Numbered from the stretch's first letter, positions 1 through 10,616 are shown. The stretch: DNA of 64,000 nt from Actinomycetota bacterium (GCA_046713235.1 JBKKBZ010000101.1:345-64344); one strand, 5' to 3'. Notes: generated from the sequence alone by a model not told the origin. Made by a program: numbers and translations.

Positions 1-742
1 CGGTCCCGACCGGAGTCACCGAGATCGCCGGGCTCGCCCCAGGCCCGGGTGGCCGCCTTTGGGCGGCCGGCCGGGCCACCCACGACGGGGTGCTCCTTGT
101 CCGCATGCCCGAGGGGCGATGGCGGGAGGCGGCCCGGGTGGTGTCCGCCTCCGGACCTCAGGCTCGCTTGCACGCGATGGCCGCCGTGGGCGACGTGGTG
201 GCCGCCGGGGGCACCTCGGGCACAGCCGGGGCTCTATTCCTCGTGGGCGGAGAAACGGCAATCAGGATCGCACTGCCGGCGTCCGGCCCGATCGACGCAT
301 TGGGCTTTGCCGGGAGGAACCGCCTCCTAGTCGCGGGCTCCCCGAGCGGGCAGGGAGTCCTGTGGGAGCGTGCCGGCGCCGGCCCTTGGCGAGAAATCCC
401 CGTACCGGGAGCGAACAGGATCTCGGATATCGCGACGGGCGAGGGGTGGCTCGCGGTGGCGGCGTCCGGCGACTCGGACCTCATTCTCGTTTCACACGAC
501 GACGGCCAGAACTGGAGCCCCAGCTCCCTCCAGGCGGGACGGGATCCCCTGGTCATCGACCGCGCGGTCGCCGGAGACGGCACTCTGTGGGCCTTGGGAC
601 CCACCGGCATCTACCGGTCGAGAATCGATCGCCTCGGGCCGACTGCGGGCGTCCGCAACCACCCGTCCCGACCCCTACGCTTGAAAGCCCGGCCGCCGTC
701 CCCCAGTATTGCCAAATGGCGCCCTGCCGCTTGGATACCTGA
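1..742 (+). CDS. BNR/Asp-box repeat (Ycf48-like beta-propeller) protein, 5'-truncated by window edge; 3' end unresolved (possible frameshift)
   Basis: Frame-0 ORF carries an Asp-box-like motif (SHDDGQNWS) and Gly/Ala-rich repeats. It has no in-frame stop until 1118, but a different frame ends at 740-742 with TGATG coupling to the next gene. Confidence 0.45.
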   Translation, partial: GPDRSHRDRRARPRPGWPPLGGRPGHPRRGAPCPHARGAMAGGGPGGVRLRTSGSLARDGRRGRRGGRRGHLGHSRGSIPRGRRNGNQDRTAGVRPDRRIGLCREEPPPSRGLPERAGSPVGACRRRPLARNPRTGSEQDLGYRDGRGVARGGGVRRLGPHSRFTRRRPELEPQLPPGGTGSPGHRPRGRRRRHSVGLGTHRHLPVENRSPRADCGRPQPPVPTPTLESPAAVPQYCQMAPCRLDT

Positions 743-1587
743 TGCGCGCACGCTTCCTCCTGGTCGACGTGTTCACCGACCGCCCCTTGGCCGGCAACGC
801 TCTGGCCGTGTTTCCCGACGGGCAAGACGTGCCTCCCGACCTCATGCAGGCAATCGCTCGGGAGATGAACCTGTCCGAGACAACCTTCGTCACCGGGGTC
901 GAGGGCGATCTCTACGAGGTTCGGATTTTCACTCCCTCGGCCGAGATGCCCTTCGCGGGCCACCCCACGCTCGGAACGACCTGGGCTCTCCGCCACCTCG
1001 GGATCCTGAAGGAGGACCGTGCGGTTCAGCGCAGCCCGGCCGGGGATACCCCGGTCAGCCTCGCGCTCGACGTTGCCTGGCTGGAGCGGGCGGGCAGCGT
1101 CGGCAAGGATCTTCTTGATGCATCCTTCGTGGCAGAGGCCCTGGGTTTGGCCGAGACCGACATTGGGTTCAACGCGGCCCTCCTCGGCATGGAGCGGGTG
1201 ATGCTGGCCCCGGCAGAGGCCGATGCCGGCGTACCGCAACTCATGGTTCCCGTCGCCGATATCGCCACACTGAGCTCGTTGCGGCCTCGCCCGGAGATCG
1301 CAGGGCTCGCTCACGACGGCATCTACTGCTTCGCTCCGATCGCGCCGACCAAGATCAAGGCGAGGTTCTTCAGCCCCGGGCTGGGCGTCTCGGAGGATCC
1401 GGCAACCGGCTCTGCCGCGGCGGGGCTGGGACTGTATCTGAGCACTCGTGCCGGCGAGTCGGCCTTTGACATCTCTCAGGGCGAGGAGGTGGGGCGGCCC
1501 TCGACGATCATGGTCGTCACGTCACGCGGGCGCGTCCGGGTCGGCGGCAGCGTCGTCCCCTGCGGCGAGGGTTTCATCAACCTGTAG
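742..1587 (+). CDS. PhzF-family phenazine-biosynthesis-like isomerase
   Basis: N-terminus MRARFLLVDVFTDRPLAGNALAVF matches the PhzF/YddE signature. Length 281 aa. Confidence 0.85.
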   Translation: MRARFLLVDVFTDRPLAGNALAVFPDGQDVPPDLMQAIAREMNLSETTFVTGVEGDLYEVRIFTPSAEMPFAGHPTLGTTWALRHLGILKEDRAVQRSPAGDTPVSLALDVAWLERAGSVGKDLLDASFVAEALGLAETDIGFNAALLGMERVMLAPAEADAGVPQLMVPVADIATLSSLRPRPEIAGLAHDGIYCFAPIAPTKIKARFFSPGLGVSEDPATGSAAAGLGLYLSTRAGESAFDISQGEEVGRPSTIMVVTSRGRVRVGGSVVPCGEGFINL

Positions 1588-1846
1588 TGACTCCGCCACG
1601 CGCGCACCGGCGACCACCGGCGACCACCGGATCCGGCCTCGTCATTCGCACTCGCTAAGGGTCTGTCAGTAAATAACTCTTCCTGAGTGCTTGAGGGCTC
1701 TTAGTCCCATCGAAAGCAGCGATAAGCCTTTAGCAAAGAAAGATAGATTTAAGGCATCGGGAGATAGACGATTCGGCGCCGGCGAGTCCAGTGTGGGGGC
1801 TAGAGTTGATCGCGGCGTCGGTCTGAGGAGATCGGGGAAGGAGTCG

Positions 1847-2896
1847 ATGATGGCGAGGCTGAGAATCGACGGCTCGCCGAGGACTTGGCTCGCGCTTTTG
1901 GGCTTGCTTGGTCTTCTTGCGGCGACGGTGACCTGGCAAGGATCCGCGAAGGGGCCGAGGCTCCAGGGAACGCCCCATAACACCACGTCTGAACACGCGA
2001 GCAAGCCGGAGGCACTGGCCTCTCGCCCGGGTGAGGGGATCTCGCAGCCGGCCGATGTTCACGCACCCGGATCGGGCTTGCGTTCGATTGATCACCCGCG
2101 TGATCACCCGCGCGTGGTGACGGAGGTAAGGGATTACGAACACGCCCCCCCTCGCCAAGTCGGGGGCTCTGCGCCCGCCACCTCCAGCCCGGGGTGTCCC
2201 GACCCCCGGGGTTGCGCGGAATACCGGTTGTTCGATTTCCGTTGGGCGACGGACGCATCGGGCATAGCGAGGATTCCCTTCTTCGTGAATCCGAAGCAGC
2301 CCTGGGTCCCCAAGCAGATCGCCGTCCAGGCCACCCTCGCGGCCGCCAAGGTCTGGAACGACGCCAACCCGTCTGTGCGCTTCATCTACATGGGCACGAC
2401 CGATCGCCGACCGGGATATGACGGAGATCTTCCGGGATGGGATGGGGTCAGCGTCTTTGGATGGGATGTGATCGAGCCCCATGCGGCCGGTCAGATGAGT
2501 GGCAACGGAACACGGTACACCCTAACCGAGGCGGACGTGACGCTCAACATCACCACGAAGTGGGGTTGGTATCCTTGCCGACAAGCCAACGATTCCTGCA
2601 CGGAGATTCCACCGAAACCGCTTGTCTCCGCCTTCGGCGGGGGCGGGGACGGGCTCGTGATCTACGATCCTCTTGCGGGGGGCGTGGACATCCAGAACAT
2701 CATGACGCACGAGCTCGGCCACGTCCTCGGTCTCGACCATCCACCATTTGAATCACGGTTCGAGCAGCTCACTATGTACGGGGCGTTTCTCGGCGACGAG
2801 CGGGAGGGCTCCACACTCGCACTTGGAGACGTCCTGGGCTCCCGAGCCGCCTATCCGTGCCGGCGCTGCGACCGGCCAAAGATCTACGCGCCGTAG
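1847..2896 (+). CDS. secreted zinc metalloprotease (metzincin/matrixin-like, HExxHxxGxxH)
   Basis: Signal-peptide-like N-terminus (MMARLRIDGSPRTWLALLGLLGLLAA) and the motif HELGHVLGLDH. Upstream region 1660-1846 is relatively AT-rich. Confidence 0.8.
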   Translation: MMARLRIDGSPRTWLALLGLLGLLAATVTWQGSAKGPRLQGTPHNTTSEHASKPEALASRPGEGISQPADVHAPGSGLRSIDHPRDHPRVVTEVRDYEHAPPRQVGGSAPATSSPGCPDPRGCAEYRLFDFRWATDASGIARIPFFVNPKQPWVPKQIAVQATLAAAKVWNDANPSVRFIYMGTTDRRPGYDGDLPGWDGVSVFGWDVIEPHAAGQMSGNGTRYTLTEADVTLNITTKWGWYPCRQANDSCTEIPPKPLVSAFGGGGDGLVIYDPLAGGVDIQNIMTHELGHVLGLDHPPFESRFEQLTMYGAFLGDEREGSTLALGDVLGSRAAYPCRRCDRPKIYAP

Positions 2897-3032
2897 CCCG
2901 TATCCGGAAACGAGACTTCTAGCAAGGCGCGAATCTGCTTCCGCTGATCCTCTGTGAGGCGAAACTCGTCTACCAATTCGAATTTCACGGCCTCGTACGC
3001 GATCAGCATGAGCCTCGTGCCGCGACGCCGGG

Positions 3033-4424
3033 CTAGGCAGCCAGGGTCGGCGTCGGCGTCGGCGTGGGAAGCGGCAGGGGCGGAGGGCTCGCCACCGGAC
3101 TCTCAGAAGGAGAGGGCGACGGGCTCGGGCGCGGCTTCGGGCTCGCCGACGGACTCGGGCTCGGGCGCGCGCTTGCCGAGGGGGAGGCCGACGGGCTCGG
3201 CGACGCCGACGGTCCCGGCGGACCCAGCACGATCGAAGCCGCGCCCAGCACGGCGTCGATCATGGCGCGCTCGCCTCCTTCCATCCCGAGAGCCCAGATC
3301 CCCGCACCGCGAAGCCTCTGCTCGCCGACGAGCCGAGCTTTGAGCGCAAGCGACGACGGGTCGTCGTAGTAGATCTGATGCCACTGGCCGGCTTCGCGGT
3401 ACGCCGTCCACGGCACGAGCGCGACGGCATCCCAGTAGCGCGGATGACCGGCCGCGGTGATCTCCGAGTAGACCACCGGCCTCGGAGGGCCGGTCGCCGG
3501 TGAGTTGGGCGACTGGTCCTTTGTGGGCCAGTCGTATCCGTAGAACGGCATCCCGAGAATCAGCGCCGACGCCGGGACCAGCCCGAGATATGACGCCACG
3601 GCGGTCTTGTAGCGTGGCAGCGGGGCGTTCGGCGAGGCGACTCCCTCACGGTACATGTCGTAGGCCATCACGAAGAACGCATCGACGGCCGGTGCGAGCG
3701 CCTTGATGTCGAAGAAGCCGTCCTCGACCTCGGCCGAAGACATGTACGTGTCGATCGTGATCTGCCAGTAGGGGTTCTCCTCGCGCAGGACCTTGGACAC
3801 GCGATTGACGAACCGCGCGAAGCCGGCCCGATACGAGTCTCCGAACCCCTCGAAGTCCAAGTTCACCCCGTCCAGCTTCTTGGCCCGAACCGCGGCGGAT
3901 AGCTCTTTGCCGAGACGATCGGCAGCGCGTGGGTCCGCTGCAAGGCGCTCCAACGTCTTCGGAGCAAAGCTCTTCGCCGTCAGCACGACCCGAATGCCGG
4001 CCCGGTGCGCCCGGGTGATCAAGTCGACCAGCGCCTGGCTCTGGTACCCCACGTGACCGTCTCCCGTCTTCAGCAATCCGCCGTCGGGCCCGACGTCCAC
4101 GCCGAAGTACGCAACGGTTGTGATTCCTCGAAGGTCGAACCCGGCCTGACGGTCGAGGTTCCAGTATGGAACGAAGGCGAACAGCTCCTTGGGCTTCAGG
4201 CGCCCCTTCGCGATCTCGGCCGGCGCCGGGGCCGGCGCGCGGGTGGCCGGCGGCAGGCGCAGCGCGCGATGCGCCTCGAAGTCTTCGAGCATCGCGCCCG
4301 ATCCGCGCTCCACCGGCGGTGCTGCCGGAGGGCGACGGTCGGCGACGGGAGCGCCGGCGACGACGACCAGGAGCACCAGCGCAAGCGCCCGGCTGATCGC
4401 GACACTGCTGCGCCGGCGTCGCAA
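3033..4424 (-). CDS. glycoside hydrolase family 18 (chitinase-like) with C-terminal Pro/Ser/Thr-rich low-complexity tail
   Basis: GH18 catalytic motif LDGVNLDFEGF. TTG start gives signal peptide MRRRRSSVAISRALALVLLVVVAGAP. C-terminal SASPSPSASPS...PTPTPT repeats. Confidence 0.75.
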   Translation of the reverse strand: MRRRRSSVAISRALALVLLVVVAGAPVADRRPPAAPPVERGSGAMLEDFEAHRALRLPPATRAPAPAPAEIAKGRLKPKELFAFVPYWNLDRQAGFDLRGITTVAYFGVDVGPDGGLLKTGDGHVGYQSQALVDLITRAHRAGIRVVLTAKSFAPKTLERLAADPRAADRLGKELSAAVRAKKLDGVNLDFEGFGDSYRAGFARFVNRVSKVLREENPYWQITIDTYMSSAEVEDGFFDIKALAPAVDAFFVMAYDMYREGVASPNAPLPRYKTAVASYLGLVPASALILGMPFYGYDWPTKDQSPNSPATGPPRPVVYSEITAAGHPRYWDAVALVPWTAYREAGQWHQIYYDDPSSLALKARLVGEQRLRGAGIWALGMEGGERAMIDAVLGAASIVLGPPGPSASPSPSASPSASARPSPSPSASPKPRPSPSPSPSESPVASPPPLPLPTPTPTPTLAA

Positions 4425-4686
4425 GGACCACAAGCGAAGAGTGGGATTGAATGCCGCGGAAACTTCCAGCCTTAGGCGTTGCCGGAGGTGGCGCTCGCCC
4501 AGCCCGGCACGCGACCGCAGCCGCCGGATACGTGTCCGCATGGTTTGCGATCCCCTCAACTCGATGCCGGGCCGGCCCGCCCGGCCCACCTCGTCTAACG
4601 AGTCTCGACGAGGACTCGTTATCTAGCGGCCGTCACACTTACGCGCAAGTGGGACAAACGAGAACAGCGTGGCCCGGCGGACAACC

Positions 4687-5088
4687 TCAAGCCTGCTGTT
4701 CGACCTCGTAGACTCGGGTCACCGTCAAACCGGCGACCAGGGCAAGCACGGCCGTCGCGAGATGCAGGGCGTTGTACGAGGACGGCAGCTTGGGGTCGTA
4801 CCCGAGAACGTTTCCGAGCGAGGCCCGTGACACTAAGCCCCACACCGTGAGCGCGAGGAAGAGCAGACCGGTGATCTTCAAGATGGCCTTGGCGGCCAGC
4901 TCGCCGGCGAAATACGCAAACAGCACTCCGAGGCCGACCACCCAGTGAATGAGATTGTGAATCCCGCGCATGTCTAAAAGCACCGTCTTGCCGATCTTCA
5001 GCTCGCCGAAGAGCGCCTCGAGGAACGCGATGGCAAGGTAGGCCAGCCCAAGCAGCAGAGCGACGGTCCTGGCGATTCCCATTCTCAT
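4687..5088 (-). CDS. small multi-pass membrane protein (DUF4383-like)
   Basis: 133 aa with four hydrophobic helices and compact coding. Confidence 0.55.
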   Translation of the reverse strand: MRMGIARTVALLLGLAYLAIAFLEALFGELKIGKTVLLDMRGIHNLIHWVVGLGVLFAYFAGELAAKAILKITGLLFLALTVWGLVSRASLGNVLGYDPKLPSSYNALHLATAVLALVAGLTVTRVYEVEQQA

Positions 5089-5163
5089 GGTTCCTCCTCA
5101 ATCCGTAACGTGATCACACCCGGCATATTGTCGCAGCATCCGCGCCCGGCCGGCCAAAGGCGC

Positions 5164-5742
5164 TCAGCGAGGCCTCTTGAGTTCGATCAGCTCCGGGTGC
5201 GCGAAGGCCAGAGCGCGGATGCCCTCCCACACTGCCGCAGCGCGCTCCGGAGTCTGGGGAGATTCGGCGAACTTCACATAGACGGCTTCCTCCTGGTCGA
5301 TGATGACCGTGGGAGTACCGAAAACCTTCCACCGTTCGACGGCGTCGCGGTGCTCGCCGGCCACGGCAGCCACCCATTCTGCTCGCGCCGCTTCGAAGGC
5401 AGACACATCCACGCCGGCGTCCGCCGCCATTCCGCGGAGATCATCCTGGTCCAGCACTCGATTCTCGCCCTTCATCGCCGTGAACACCGTCTGGTGGTAG
5501 CGATCGAAATCGGCGCCTCGGGCGGCGTGCGCGAGGGCAAGAGCGGTGATGGATACACTCGAAATTCCGGCGTCGTCGAACAGCGAAGGCTCATCGCCTT
5601 CTCGGTTCACTTCCTTGAGAGAGAACGTTCGCCATTCGATGTTGAGGCCGGGAAGCGCCTCCCGCAAACGCTCGAACCAACGGAGCGCCGCATACGAATA
5701 TCCGCACGTGTAGTCGTAGTAACAGACGATCGACACTAGGAC
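5164..5742 (-). CDS. DsbA-like thioredoxin-fold protein (CxxS motif)
   Basis: VSIVCYYDYTCGYSYAALRWF thioredoxin-like active-site region. GTG start chosen to avoid overlap with the upstream gene. Confidence 0.55.
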   Translation of the reverse strand, partial: VLVSIVCYYDYTCGYSYAALRWFERLREALPGLNIEWRTFSLKEVNREGDEPSLFDDAGISSVSITALALAHAARGADFDRYHQTVFTAMKGENRVLDQDDLRGMAADAGVDVSAFEAARAEWVAAVAGEHRDAVERWKVFGTPTVIIDQEEAVYVKFAESPQTPERAAAVWEGIRALAFAHPELIELKRPR

Positions 5743-7103
5743 TCCTTGAGCCGGCTCAATACCTTGCGGGCAGCCACCAGCACGGGGTCCCACACCGTTG
5801 CGAACGGCGGCGCGTAGGACAGATCGAGGCCGACGATGTCTTCGACCGTCATTTCAGAAGTTAGCGCGGTGGCAAAGACATCGATGCGCTTGGCCGCTCC
5901 CTCTTTTCCGACGATCTGCGCCCCGAGAAGTCGCCCCGATCCTCGTTCGGCCACGATCTTCGTTCGTATGGGTCCCGCACCCGGATAGTAGCCGGCGCGC
6001 GTGGTCGAGTCGGCGGCGGCGGCGACGATGTCGAAGCCCGCCTCGCGCGCCTGGGACTCGTTCAACCCGGTTCGTGCGACCTCGACGTCACAGATCTTGG
6101 ACACCGCGGTTCCCACGACTCCGGGGAAGGTCGCCGTTCCGCCTCCGATGTTGATCCCGGCAACCCGTCCCTGCTTATTCGCGTGAGTGCCGAGGGCGAC
6201 GGCAACCGGCCTGCGAGAAACACGGTGAAAAGTTTCCACACAATCTCCTGCCGCCCAGACTCCGTCGACGGAGGTACGCATACGTGCGTCGGTCACCAGC
6301 CCGCCGGTGCTACCTATCGGGACGCCGGCAGCCTCGGCCAGACCGGAGTTGGGGAGCACGCCGATGCCGAGAACGACGAGATCGGCCGGAATCGTTCGCT
6401 CCGCCGTCTCGACGGCTCTCACCCGGCCGTCACTCACCAAGTAGCCGCACGCCTCCTCCCCCAGGAAAGTCTCGACTCCAGCCGAACGCAGCGCGTCGGC
6501 GACCATCGAGCCCATATCGGGATCGAGCGTGGACATCGGCTGTGGGAGCTGCTCGACGAGAGAAACCTCCAGCCCTCGAGCCACGAGCGCTTCCGCCATC
6601 TCGAGGCCGATGTATCCCCCACCGATGATGACGGCGCATGTGACGTCACCCGAATCGATGCGACGGCGGATCGAAGCGCCGTCGTCCAGGGTCTGGACGG
6701 TGAAGATGTTCGAGGCGTCCGAGCCGGGAAGGTCCGGACGAATCGGGTTCGCCCCGGTTGCCACGACGAGCTGATCGAAGGGTTCCGTATAGTCGCGGCC
6801 GGCCTCGAGATCCCTCACCCGGACGGTGCGCGAAGCCAGATCGATCCCGGTCACCTCACTGCGGATTCGCGCGTCGATATGAAAGCCGTCTCGAAATTTC
6901 TCCGGCGTTCGCGTAACGAGCCGGTCGGGGTCGGAGACGATGCCGGCGACAAAGTAGGGAATCCCACATGCGGAGTAGGAGGTATGGCGACCGCGTTCAA
7001 ACGCCACAATCTCGAGATTCTGAGGGTCTCGACGGCGACGCGCCTGTGAAGCGGCGCTCATTCCGGCCGCGTCGCCACCGATCACCACCAGTCTCTCGGG
7101 CAC
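5736..7103 (-). CDS. pyridine nucleotide-disulfide oxidoreductase (CoA-disulfide reductase/NADH oxidase family)
   Basis: N-terminal LVVIGGDAAGMSAA FAD-binding motif, a second Rossmann motif VIIGGGYIGLE, and a C-terminal dimerisation region. The GTG start at 7103 trims a spurious N-terminal extension. Confidence 0.8.
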   Translation of the reverse strand: MPERLVVIGGDAAGMSAASQARRRRDPQNLEIVAFERGRHTSYSACGIPYFVAGIVSDPDRLVTRTPEKFRDGFHIDARIRSEVTGIDLASRTVRVRDLEAGRDYTEPFDQLVVATGANPIRPDLPGSDASNIFTVQTLDDGASIRRRIDSGDVTCAVIIGGGYIGLEMAEALVARGLEVSLVEQLPQPMSTLDPDMGSMVADALRSAGVETFLGEEACGYLVSDGRVRAVETAERTIPADLVVLGIGVLPNSGLAEAAGVPIGSTGGLVTDARMRTSVDGVWAAGDCVETFHRVSRRPVAVALGTHANKQGRVAGINIGGGTATFPGVVGTAVSKICDVEVARTGLNESQAREAGFDIVAAAADSTTRAGYYPGAGPIRTKIVAERGSGRLLGAQIVGKEGAAKRIDVFATALTSEMTVEDIVGLDLSYAPPFATVWDPVLVAARKVLSRLKES

Positions 7104-7322
7104 TAATCGACACTCTACGGGTACCTTCGATCCGGCGGGCGCGGTTGCGGCGGTCCCGCCCTTGTGGAATCGTGAAGTTTCCGCTCGACTCTTACGGGAA
7201 GAGGTTCGCATCCGGCGGCGTTTGGGAAGGGCATACCAGATGAAAGGGAGACGATGAACCTCCGGCTGTGGCTCGTGCGAAACATCCATTGGGTCGCCGC
7301 CCATTACGGTCACCCCTGATCC

Positions 7323-8579
7323 GTGCCGAGCCCCCGGAAAACCCTCACCGCCGGTGAACTCCGGCGCTACGTCCAAGACACCTGCTTCGCTCCCACCTCC
7401 GACCGCCGGGTCGGGATCGAGGTCGAATTTCTCACCGTACCCGTCGCCCACCCGAACACCCATGCCGACTTCGACCTCGTCGGGCACGCGCTTGCCGGAG
7501 CCGGCGCGCCACCGCAAGCAAGCCGCGTCACCTTCGAACCGGGAGGCCAGTTCGAGCTCAGCTCACCGCTCGCCGACGACGTGGGAGCGGCCTGCACGGC
7601 GATTGCGTTCGATCTCGACTGGGCCCGGACGGCGCTTGCAGCCGAGGGCATCGCGCTCGCCGGCGTCGGACTCGATCCGGTCCGCAGGAATCGCCGCGTT
7701 GTCGCGCTACCGCGGTACGCAGCCATGGAAGCGTATTTCGACGCCGGCGGCCCCAGCGGTCGAACCATGATGTGCGGTACGGCGGCAATCCAAGTGAACC
7801 TGGACATCGGTGACGCCGACGGAGCCGGAGACCGCTGGCGGCTGGCTCATGCGATCGGCCCCACGCTCGCAGCCGCGTTCGCGAACTCCCCGATCGCTCG
7901 CGGCCGTGCCACCGAATGGCAGTCCGCCCGCCTCGCGAACTGGTGGGAGATCGACCGCACCCGGACGTTCCCGGCCGAGGACGACGAGATCCGTGACGAA
8001 ACCTCAGCCTGGCTCCACTACGCCCTTCGCGCGAACGTCATGCTCATACGGCTGGACGACGACCGCTTCGTCCCTCAGCTCAGGGCCGTCTCGTTCGAGC
8101 AGTGGATGGCGAACGGGCACGATCTCGGCTATCCCACACTCGATGACTTTGCTTACCATCTCACGACACTGTTCCCACCGGTTCGCCCGCGGGGCTGGCT
8201 CGAGATGCGCACCATCGACGCCCTTCCCGATCCGCTGTGGCGAGTCGCGGCCGCCGTGAGCACGGCGCTTCTCGACGACGATGAGGCCGCAGACCGTGCG
8301 CGTTGGGCAACGGCCGGGGCGGCGGAGCAGCTCTGGATCGAAGCGTTCCACGACGGCTTGCGTCACCCGGTACTCGCACGAGCGGCGGCGGCGTGTTTCG
8401 CGGCTGCCCGGGACGCTCTCTCGCGGGTGGGCGCAGATCCGGAGACCATAGATGCGACGGAGGACTTCATCGACCGATACGTTGCACGGGAACGTTCGCC
8501 GGCAGACGACCGGCGCGCGGAGTGGCGAGAACAGCCGGCGCTCATGGCAAGCCCCGTTGAGGAAGCGACATGGACCTGA
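7323..8579 (+). CDS. egtA: glutamate-cysteine ligase family 2 (ergothioneine biosynthesis EgtA)
   Basis: GCS2-family sequence, first gene of an egtABCD-like operon, overlaps egtB. Confidence 0.8.
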   Translation: MPSPRKTLTAGELRRYVQDTCFAPTSDRRVGIEVEFLTVPVAHPNTHADFDLVGHALAGAGAPPQASRVTFEPGGQFELSSPLADDVGAACTAIAFDLDWARTALAAEGIALAGVGLDPVRRNRRVVALPRYAAMEAYFDAGGPSGRTMMCGTAAIQVNLDIGDADGAGDRWRLAHAIGPTLAAAFANSPIARGRATEWQSARLANWWEIDRTRTFPAEDDEIRDETSAWLHYALRANVMLIRLDDDRFVPQLRAVSFEQWMANGHDLGYPTLDDFAYHLTTLFPPVRPRGWLEMRTIDALPDPLWRVAAAVSTALLDDDEAADRARWATAGAAEQLWIEAFHDGLRHPVLARAAAACFAAARDALSRVGADPETIDATEDFIDRYVARERSPADDRRAEWREQPALMASPVEEATWT

Positions 8580-9874
8580 CAAAAGAACGCATCGCCACCG
8601 AGATCGCCGGCGTCCGCGACCGGTCGCTCGGCCTGCTCGATCCCCTTCCCGACGATGAACAGTTGAAACAACACTCCCCGCTGATGTCACCGCTCGTGTG
8701 GGACCTCGCCCACGTCGGAAACTACGAGGAAATCTGGCTGCTACGCGCGATCGGTGCTCCGGCGATCGGGACCCAGTACGACGACGTGTACGACGCGTTC
8801 ATGCACACCCGAGACGAGCGGCCGCAACTCCCGCTCCTCGGGCCGAAAGATTCCCGGATCTATGTTGCCGATATTCGCGGCCGTGTTCTCGACACCCTCG
8901 AGACGGTCGAGTTCGATCCCAGCGTTCCTCTCCTTCGCGAAGCCTACGTCTACGGCATGGTCGTGCAGCACGAGCACCAGCACGACGAGACGATGCTTGC
9001 GACGCTGCAGCTCATGCAAGGCGAGGGGTACAGCCGGTGGGCGGCGGTATCGGAGGCGCCGCGGCTCCCGTCGGCCCCGGTGGCTCCCCCAGAGGTGTTC
9101 GTTGCGGGCGGTCCGTTCGCCATGGGGACCGACGACGAATCATGGGCCTACGACAACGAACGCAAGTCCCACACCCTCAGCGTCGAGGGCTTCTGGATCG
9201 ACACCGCGCCGGTTTCGAACGGAGAGTACGAGCGATTCATCGAGGCCGGCGGGTACCAGGACCCTCGATTCTGGAGCAAACAGGGTTGGGCGTGGCGCAA
9301 GAAGAGCGCCGTCGAGCATCCCCAGTTTTGGCAGCCGGATGGCGGCGGCTCGTGGTCGGTGAGGCGCTTCGGCCGGATACAACCTCTGCGCCCGTACGAG
9401 CCGGTTCAGCACGTCTGCTGGTTCGAAGCGGAGGCTTTCGCGCGGTGGGCCGGAAAACGGCTGCCCACCGAGGCCGAGTGGGAGAAGGCCGCCTCGTGGG
9501 ATCCCGCCACCGGTACGAAACGGCGCTATCCATGGGGGAACGGCGACCCGACTCCCGACCTGGCCAATCTCGGCCAGCGGTTCCTATCCCCCAGCGCCAT
9601 CGGCGCCTTTCCCGGCGGGGCAAGTGCCTACGGCTGCCATCAGATGATCGGCGACGTGTGGGAATGGACCTCCTCCGACTTCCGGCAGTATCCCGGGTAC
9701 CGGTCCTTCCCCTACCGTGAATACTCGGACGTGTTCTTCGGCAGCCGGTTCAAGGTTCTGCGCGGAGGATCCTGGGCGACGCACCCAACAGCAGCGCGGA
9801 CGACCTTCCGCAACTGGGACTTCCCAATCCGGCGCCAGATCTTTTCCGGCTTCCGTTGCGCGCGGGACGCTTGA
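8570..9874 (+). CDS. egtB: hercynine oxygenase / sulfoxide synthase (DinB-like + FGE-sulfatase domains)
   Basis: HEHQHDE DinB motif and the C-terminal FGE-like domain (GDVWEWTSSDF, RGGSW). Confidence 0.9.
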   Translation: MDLTKERIATEIAGVRDRSLGLLDPLPDDEQLKQHSPLMSPLVWDLAHVGNYEEIWLLRAIGAPAIGTQYDDVYDAFMHTRDERPQLPLLGPKDSRIYVADIRGRVLDTLETVEFDPSVPLLREAYVYGMVVQHEHQHDETMLATLQLMQGEGYSRWAAVSEAPRLPSAPVAPPEVFVAGGPFAMGTDDESWAYDNERKSHTLSVEGFWIDTAPVSNGEYERFIEAGGYQDPRFWSKQGWAWRKKSAVEHPQFWQPDGGGSWSVRRFGRIQPLRPYEPVQHVCWFEAEAFARWAGKRLPTEAEWEKAASWDPATGTKRRYPWGNGDPTPDLANLGQRFLSPSAIGAFPGGASAYGCHQMIGDVWEWTSSDFRQYPGYRSFPYREYSDVFFGSRFKVLRGGSWATHPTAARTTFRNWDFPIRRQIFSGFRCARDA

Positions 9875-9875
9875 C

Positions 9876-10616
9876 GTGTGCCGCCACGTCGCCTACCTCG
9901 GTCCTCCGGTGACTCTGAAGAGTCTCTTGTTCGAGGCACCGCATTCGCTCGCCGCCCAGTCACGGGCACCAAGGCACCAGCGAGAGGGGATGATCAACCG
10001 GGACGGCTTCGGCGTCGGCTGGTACGACCTCGATGTCCGTCCCGAGCCGGCACGGTACCGGCGCACCGAACCAATTTGGGAGGACGCTTCGATCACCTCG
10101 ATCGCGGGGCTCTTGCGTTCGACGGCGATCCTTGCGGCGGCCCGCAGCGCGACCCCGGGCCTGCCCATCGAAGAAGCCGGAAACGCTCCGTTCACCGCAG
10201 GGGTCTGGCTCTTCTCGCACAACGGATCGGTCTTGCATTTTCTCGACGGAGCCGGCGACGAGCTGCGCAGCCGCGTCTCCCCACCGCGCCTCGCCGCAGT
10301 GGAGGGTGCCACCGATTCGGAGATTCTTTTCGCACTGACCCTCGATCATCTCGATCGTGGGGTCCCAATCGAGGATGCTCTCGTGTCGGTCGTCACGCTG
10401 GTCAATAGGATCGCCGGCGGCCGGCTCAATCTCCTCGCAACCGACGGACACCGGGTGGCGGCCACCGCCGTGGGAAACTCGCTGTTCTCCCTCGTCGGCC
10501 AGAAACGAACCATTCTCGCCTCGGAACCGCTCGACGAGCCCTCCGCCTGGCACCCGGTCCCGGAGCTATCCGTCGCCTTTGGCGAGGCCGGCGCGCTGAC
10601 GATCGAGGCCCTCTAG
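9876..10616 (+). CDS. egtC: class II glutamine amidotransferase (gamma-glutamyl-hercynylcysteine sulfoxide hydrolase)
   Basis: GTG start gives [11 protein letters not shown], the Ntn-hydrolase Cys2 N-terminus. Start lies 2 nt after the egtB stop. Confidence 0.85.
   Translation: MCRHVAYLGPPVTLKSLLFEAPHSLAAQSRAPRHQREGMINRDGFGVGWYDLDVRPEPARYRRTEPIWEDASITSIAGLLRSTAILAAARSATPGLPIEEAGNAPFTAGVWLFSHNGSVLHFLDGAGDELRSRVSPPRLAAVEGATDSEILFALTLDHLDRGVPIEDALVSVVTLVNRIAGGRLNLLATDGHRVAATAVGNSLFSLVGQKRTILASEPLDEPSAWHPVPELSVAFGEAGALTIEAL

Noticed and set aside
553-1314. Long antisense ORFs throughout the track (e.g. 553-1314, 3646-4431, 17296-18189, 20373-21710, 21989-22894, 40182-41507, 61481-62404, 62457-63488)
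   Set aside because: Their Arg/Pro/Gly-rich, low-complexity translations are typical of out-of-frame reading of 70% GC DNA. Each lies opposite a gene with clear family motifs.
1606-1626. Tandem ccggcgaccac x2 after the phzF stop
   Set aside because: Only two copies of an 11-mer in an intergenic spacer. No evidence of function.
3040-3230. Short tandem DNA repeats (gggctcggg / gacggg units) that could look like a repeat array
   Set aside because: They encode the in-frame Pro/Ser/Thr-rich linker of the GH18 protein. Similar repeats at 57480-57600 and 15880-15960 are also coding linkers. There is no spacer/repeat periodicity, so this is not CRISPR.
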